Shown here: piece after piece, positions 59,328-64,000 of the stretch
How positions within the stretch are numbered: position 1 is the stretch's first letter
Layout of the letters: each line of letters begins with the position of its first letter
From: Anaerolineae bacterium
Lineage (GTDB): Bacteria; Chloroflexota; Anaerolineae; B4-G1; SLSP01
DNA: 64,000 nt
Direction: 5' to 3'
NCBI GenBank assembly: GCA_025454475.1
Contig: JALOOJ010000014.1
Location: 179 to 64,178, forward strand
Notes under the pieces: generated by a model
Told to the model about the DNA's origin: nothing
Databases searched by the model: none
What the model saw: only the letters and a program-made list of their open reading frames with translations
Program-made: the position numbers and the translations under genes

Positions 59328-61247
59328 TTAGGCTTCCTTAGGCATATAGCCCTGCCGGGTTAGGTTGCTGAGAAGTGGGTCAACACTCTCTTCGTCAAGC
59401 AGTACCGTTTCAGGGGTCAGACTACCCAGAATTGACGACTGCAGACTGGGGAGGGCCACCTGCAGTTCATGCATGGTGACCGCATCGCGTGTCTGGAGCA
59501 GGGCTTGTGTCGGGTAGATGCGCACGTGTCCGTAGCGGAGCCACCAGGCATCCCACCACTGCGCAATCTCGGGAAGCGGCTCGAAACCTGTGGCGGCCCT
59601 CCATGCAGCCTTGAGTGCGTCGGGATGCATGCCGTGCTCAAAGGCTCTGTGAAGCCGCTGAACGTCCAGTCGATAGCGCACCAATGTGCGTGAGAAACCC
59701 GCCGGCACCGCCCATTGGAGCACAAACGTCACGAGATCCGGTGGAAGGGGGGCCTCGATCTCCAGGATGGACTCCGCCATAACGAACCGCAGGGTCTCTT
59801 GTCGCAGTTCACCAACGGCGTCCAACATGACCTCCATGCTTCGCCTCCAGTGGAGGTCCTGGAATCGCTGGAGGCGTATACTCTTGACGGTGTTCAGAGA
59901 CGGCCCTACATCCGCAAGGCCGAAAGCATGCAGTGGGCCAGTGACCATACGCAGGAGGGCCGTCTCCAGAAAGTCCGTCCAGCCTCCCTTGGGGCCCTTG
60001 GGTATGACTCCTATCAGATACTGATGGGTGTCCGGCGTTGGGAAGAGCGCGGTGAGCCACTCCATCAGATCGCTGACAGCAAGCCAGGTGCCGTGTGGGA
60101 GGCAGGCGAGCAACTCAAGTAAGACTCCCCGCAGATCGACGACGCTGCTTCTGATGGCGTCGTCGATAGAATTGAGCCCCCAATACCCGTGGTAGAGTTG
60201 GGTGATGGTAATCTGCTGCTCACGCCATAGAGGCCACCACTCCGACCACGTTGTGATGCTGCACCAGAGGTGATAGAGCGCACCCAGTTGGTTCCCCGGA
60301 GTCAAGGCTAACCACTGCTGCGCTAAGGCGCTGTCGATCGTGATCGGGCTGCCGCTCAGAATGATGCCGCTGTATAGGAGTAACGCGTAAATAAGCTCCG
60401 CCCGCTCCGGCGTGCAACCCAGTACGTGGGTCCACTCATTGAGCGTTTCGGCATCGAGGTCTGGGTCTGGTGGCAGTAACTCTATTCTGCCCTCCAAGGC
60501 GGGCCTGGCAATGATCTTCTGGGCATCGGCTGGGACCGGGGGCCAACAGATGATGGGCTGCGCAAACGGATAGGGTGGCGCTTTCCACCTGAGTCGAGCC
60601 CTGAGCTTCGCAGGTTCGGACTGCAGGACGCTGATCAGCTGCTGGACCTGTGTGAGGATTTCCCGCGGGTTGGACGGCACAACCTTACGCGGCGCCGAAC
60701 TGGCACGGAAGGGTATCTGCAGCTGTGGGAGTCTCCGGCGCAGTGCCGCTGGCAGATACAGCTGCCCGTCTTCGGTCACTAGCGCTAGCCCGGCTTTGCG
60801 GATGCGTTGCGCGAGTCTGGGCCACGGCGTCGTGAAGTCATACCACAACGCTCTTCCCTGGGGTACCGTGTGATAGGCTTGGATGAAGCTCTGCACGACC
60901 AGGGTGCCGTAATATCTGAGCTCTTCTTCAGAGAGATCGTCCACGCACTGCTCTAGGCGTTGGGGATCGAGGAAGCACTCGGCTAACTGCTGCGCCACCA
61001 GTTGCCGCGTTCCCCCTTCGGGCGGAAGCCCAAGGGCGGTGAGAAGGTCACGAAGTTGGGACAGCCGCCAGCCGGATTCCAGCAGCTCCTGCACCATATG
61101 GGTGACGGGGTCGACGAGTCCCGCCGACCAAGCGGGAGGGGCCGACAATGGGGTTGGCGACGTTGGGAACTCCCACAGATAGCCCAATTCCGAGCTCGGC
61201 GTCGCGTCCTCTCTGCTAGATTTCGCGCTCGAGGGCTTCTTGCTCAT
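59328..61247 (-). CDS. large uncharacterised XPB-operon protein A (639 aa), paralogous to the 738-aa neighbour
   Basis: Overlaps the XPB stop by 4 nt. Trp/Leu-rich helical protein with no recognisable catalytic motif. Confidence 0.55.
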   Translation of the reverse strand: MSKKPSSAKSSREDATPSSELGYLWEFPTSPTPLSAPPAWSAGLVDPVTHMVQELLESGWRLSQLRDLLTALGLPPEGGTRQLVAQQLAECFLDPQRLEQCVDDLSEEELRYYGTLVVQSFIQAYHTVPQGRALWYDFTTPWPRLAQRIRKAGLALVTEDGQLYLPAALRRRLPQLQIPFRASSAPRKVVPSNPREILTQVQQLISVLQSEPAKLRARLRWKAPPYPFAQPIICWPPVPADAQKIIARPALEGRIELLPPDPDLDAETLNEWTHVLGCTPERAELIYALLLYSGIILSGSPITIDSALAQQWLALTPGNQLGALYHLWCSITTWSEWWPLWREQQITITQLYHGYWGLNSIDDAIRSSVVDLRGVLLELLACLPHGTWLAVSDLMEWLTALFPTPDTHQYLIGVIPKGPKGGWTDFLETALLRMVTGPLHAFGLADVGPSLNTVKSIRLQRFQDLHWRRSMEVMLDAVGELRQETLRFVMAESILEIEAPLPPDLVTFVLQWAVPAGFSRTLVRYRLDVQRLHRAFEHGMHPDALKAAWRAATGFEPLPEIAQWWDAWWLRYGHVRIYPTQALLQTRDAVTMHELQVALPSLQSSILGSLTPETVLLDEESVDPLLSNLTRQGYMPKEA

Positions 61248-63019
61248 CTGCTGTCGATTCGTGGAACGCCGGGAATGGCTCGCTGCTGCGTGTGAGGCAG
61301 AGCCCCGGGGATCTCCTCCCCATAGAGGATCAGATACCGATAGCCTTGCTCGGTGAGGAAGCGTTGACGGTTGGCGCTGAAGTCCTGATCCACGGTCTCT
61401 TTGGTGACGATGGAGTAGAAGTAGGCCTGACCACCGTCAGGCTTGGGGCGCAGAATGCGACCGAGGCGCTGGGCTTCCTCCTGGCGCGAGCCGAAGGTTC
61501 CCGAGATCTGGATCGCAACATTGGCGTCCGGCAGGTCGATGGAGAAGTTGGCGACCTTGGAGACCACGAGTGTGGTGATCTCACCGTTGCGGAACTTCTC
61601 GTAGAGCTCCTCACGTTCGGACACCTTGGTCTTGCCGGTGATGATAGGATAGCCATAGTGCGAGGAGATCTGTTCTAGCTGTTCCAGGTACATCCCAATG
61701 ATGAGGACCCGATCGCCTTTATGATACGTGAGCAGCCGGTCGAGGATGTCGAGCTTGACCGTGGCATCGGCTGCTACACGGTACCTAAGTCGTTGCTCCG
61801 CCATAATGTAGCCTATGCGCTCCGCCTCCGACATCGTCACGCGGATTTCATAGCAGATGGCAGGTGCGATCCATCCTTGTCGTTCCAGATCGTGCCACGG
61901 CACATCGTACTTCTTGGGACCGATTAGCGAGAAGACGTCCTCTTCCCGCTGATCCTCTCGAACCAAGGTCGCCGTCAACCCAAGGCGGCGGCGCGCCTGA
62001 AGCTCGGCGGTGATGCGGAAGACGGGCGCGGGCAGAAGGTGCACCTCGTCGTAAATAATGAGCCCCCAGTCGCCCTCGTTGAAGAGCGCGAAGTGCGGGT
62101 ACTGTTCGGACAGCGGAAGGTGGTCGCCGGCCTTGGTGCCCCGCTTGCGATGCGTGAGGATCTGGTACGTGGTCACCGTGACCGGGCGGATCTCCTTGCG
62201 CTCCCCGGTGTATTCGCCGATCGAGTCCTCGGTAAGCGAGGTCTTGCTGAGCAGTTCCTCGCGCCATTGGCGGGCCGCGACGGTGCTGGGCGTGAGGATC
62301 AGTGTGTTCATTTGAATCTGCGCCATCGCTACCATGCCTACGATCGTCTTCCCGGCGCCGCAGGGAAGGACGATAACTCCTGCCCCACCGGCATCCGAGC
62401 CATGGGCCCAGAAGATGCCTGCAGCATCGCGTTGATACTCGCGGACGACAAACGGGCCGTCGTTCAGCGATAGGGCGCGAAGCTGGAGTGCCAATGGTTT
62501 GCCTGCGAGATAGCCGACCAGATCCTCGGCGGGATAGCCGGCCTTGAGCAGGGCCTGCTTCACATGGCCGCGTCGCGAGGCGGGTACCTGGAATGTGTGG
62601 GGCCCAAGGCGGTCCAGCACGTAGGGTTTGAGGTGGCGGTTATTCTCTAACTCGATGAGCAGTAGCGGCTCGTCTGATGTGAGTCGCAGTCGCTCCGGGT
62701 CATAGGGGTCGCGCGTGAGCCGCACCCTACCGTACCTGCCTATCGCGTCACGTATTTCGAAGACAACGTTTTCAGGCAGGGGATACTTGGCGAAGTTCTG
62801 CAGCCCGGCGATGATCTCCTCGGCGTCGAGGCCAGCGGCTGCGGCGTTCCACAGCGAGAGCGATGAGATGCGATACGTGTGGATGTACTCCGGGCTCTTC
62901 TCCAGCTCGGCGAACCTCGCCAGATGGTCTCGCGCGGCTTCGTAGTCAGAGCTGTTCACCTCCAGGAGGACTGTGCGGTCACCCTGGACGATAAGTGGCG
63001 CGTCGATTCGAAAATCCAT
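61244..63019 (-). CDS. xpb: XPB/ERCC3/Ssl2-type SF2 DNA helicase (bacterial XPB)
   Basis: N-terminal damage-recognition-like domain, motif I VLPCGAGKT, motif II IYDEVHLL, XPB-specific RED motif in LTATLVREDQRE, motif V/VI (SKVANFSIDLPDANVAIQ, QEEAQRLGRILR). Confidence 0.85.
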   Translation of the reverse strand: MDFRIDAPLIVQGDRTVLLEVNSSDYEAARDHLARFAELEKSPEYIHTYRISSLSLWNAAAAGLDAEEIIAGLQNFAKYPLPENVVFEIRDAIGRYGRVRLTRDPYDPERLRLTSDEPLLLIELENNRHLKPYVLDRLGPHTFQVPASRRGHVKQALLKAGYPAEDLVGYLAGKPLALQLRALSLNDGPFVVREYQRDAAGIFWAHGSDAGGAGVIVLPCGAGKTIVGMVAMAQIQMNTLILTPSTVAARQWREELLSKTSLTEDSIGEYTGERKEIRPVTVTTYQILTHRKRGTKAGDHLPLSEQYPHFALFNEGDWGLIIYDEVHLLPAPVFRITAELQARRRLGLTATLVREDQREEDVFSLIGPKKYDVPWHDLERQGWIAPAICYEIRVTMSEAERIGYIMAEQRLRYRVAADATVKLDILDRLLTYHKGDRVLIIGMYLEQLEQISSHYGYPIITGKTKVSEREELYEKFRNGEITTLVVSKVANFSIDLPDANVAIQISGTFGSRQEEAQRLGRILRPKPDGGQAYFYSIVTKETVDQDFSANRQRFLTEQGYRYLILYGEEIPGALPHTQQRAIPGVPRIDSR

Positions 63020-63028
63020 AACCTAGCC

Positions 63029-63056
63029 ATTCTACCCGACCAGGATGCTTAGTCAA
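63029..63056 (-). promoter_or_regulatory. promoter of the XPB operon on the minus strand (-35 TTGACT = + coords 63051-63056, 16-nt spacer, -10 TAGAAT = 63029-63034); start codon 63017-63019 lies 9 nt after the -10, so near-leaderless
   Basis: Consensus hexamers read on the reverse complement. Confidence 0.55.
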
Positions 63057-63139
63057 CGTCGCCCTTCATGATAGAATGCCTCTGGAGAGTTGGGGTACCC
63101 AACCTAACGCGATCCATATCCGATCGAGGAGGTTAACCT

Positions 63140-64000
63140 ATGCACCATGTCATGGTGACGGGGGGAGCGGGTTTCATCGGGTCGAACTTCGTCCGGTATT
63201 TCTTACAGGCGCACCCGGACTACGACGTCGTCGTCTATGACAAACTCACGTACGCCGGGCGGCTGGAAAATCTGCAGGACGTTTCTGAGGCCTTTGCGGG
63301 CCGCTATGCCTTCGTGCGGGGTGACATCTGCGACATTCCCCTGGTGGAGCGGACGATATCGCAGCACGGTGTTGACACGATCGTGAACTTCGCCGCGGAA
63401 ACCCACGTCGACCGCTCGCTAATGACGCCGGGGTCGTTTATCCAGACGGACGTGTATGGCACTTTTGTGCTGCTCGAAGTGGCCCGCAAGCACGGGCTGG
63501 AGCGCTATCATCAGATCAGCACCGATGAGGTCTACGGTCAGGTGCTCGACGGGCGCTCGGTGGAGACAGACCAGCTAGAGCCGCGCAGCCCCTATGCCGC
63601 CAGCAAGGCCGCCGGCGACTTGATGGCATTGGCATACGTCGAGTCCTGGGGGTTGCCCGTTACGATCACCCGAGGTTCCAACAATATCGGCCCTTTCCAG
63701 TATCCTGAGAAGGTGGTGCCGCTCTTTGCGACCAACGCCATTGATGATCAGCCTTTGCCCGTGTATGGCGATGGTCGCCAGATGCGTGACTATCAGCATG
63801 TGCTTGACCACTGCACGGGCATTGACACGGTTCTGCACAAGGGCGAGTTGGGTCAGATCTACAACGTCGGCACAGGGTCGGAGCTGACCAATATCGAGAT
63901 GACGCGGATCGTGCTCGACACGCTGGGCAAGCCCGATAGTCTCATCAAGCACGTCGAGGATCGGCCTGGGCACGATCGGCGCTATGCCCTCGATGTTAGC
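63140..64000 (+). CDS. rfbB: dTDP-glucose 4,6-dehydratase, 5' part (runs off window end)
   Basis: MHHVMVTGGAGFIGSNF, YDKLTYAG, catalytic YAASKAA, preceded by AGGAGG RBS at 63126-63131. No stop before 64000. Confidence 0.85.
   Translation, partial: MHHVMVTGGAGFIGSNFVRYFLQAHPDYDVVVYDKLTYAGRLENLQDVSEAFAGRYAFVRGDICDIPLVERTISQHGVDTIVNFAAETHVDRSLMTPGSFIQTDVYGTFVLLEVARKHGLERYHQISTDEVYGQVLDGRSVETDQLEPRSPYAASKAAGDLMALAYVESWGLPVTITRGSNNIGPFQYPEKVVPLFATNAIDDQPLPVYGDGRQMRDYQHVLDHCTGIDTVLHKGELGQIYNVGTGSELTNIEMTRIVLDTLGKPDSLIKHVEDRPGHDRRYALDVS

Noticed and set aside
63020-63140. Possible small ORF or sRNA in the xpb-rfbB intergenic region
   Set aside because: The region is fully explained by two divergent promoters and the rfbB leader with RBS.
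1-64000. Searched for CRISPR arrays, IS elements and additional tRNA genes
   Set aside because: No regularly spaced direct repeats and no transposase-like ORFs were found; the only tRNA-like T-arm (GGTTCGATTCC) is within the tmRNA TLD at 7821-7843.

Overview
High-GC (~60-65%) bacterial chromosomal window, densely coding on both strands. The gene content looks Chloroflexota-like (SpoVS/GerW homologs in a non-sporulation context, frequent leaderless promoter geometry, bacterial XPB) but the organism is not identifiable from sequence alone. Mostly housekeeping genes: cdsA (3' end), rho, HIT, glgP-like alpha-glucan phosphorylase (two paralogs), MFS transporter, tmRNA (ssrA), THEP1-like NTPase plus holB, spoVS, pseudouridine synthase, GT2, UbiB kinase, pcrA, pgeF, rnc, clpB, a BMP-family nucleoside ABC transporter (SBP, ATPase, two permeases), rsmF-like, ftsK, PNP, xerC/D, an MGDG-synthase-like GT, gmk, rpsA, infA, recF, prmC and rfbB (5' end). 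No CRISPR array, mobile element or prophage is evident. The only tRNA-like structure is the TLD of the tmRNA. Most interesting regions: (1) a minus-strand operon with a bona fide XPB/ERCC3-type SF2 helicase (RED motif present) followed by two large paralogous uncharacterised proteins (57110-63019); (2) a GerW/YtfJ-family protein with a Cys/Glu-rich metallothionein-like insertion, in a 4-gene operon with pgeF (18891-20895); (3) an xanthine-dehydrogenase-family molybdopterin subunit whose fused N-terminal [2Fe-2S] domain has lost all eight ligand cysteines, next to a DUF4914-like protein with an HprK-like P-loop (20941-25931); (4) a membrane protein with 7TM, GAF and a sigma-70 region-4-like HTH (39794-41680). 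Several promoters have -35/-10 boxes positioned for leaderless transcripts.
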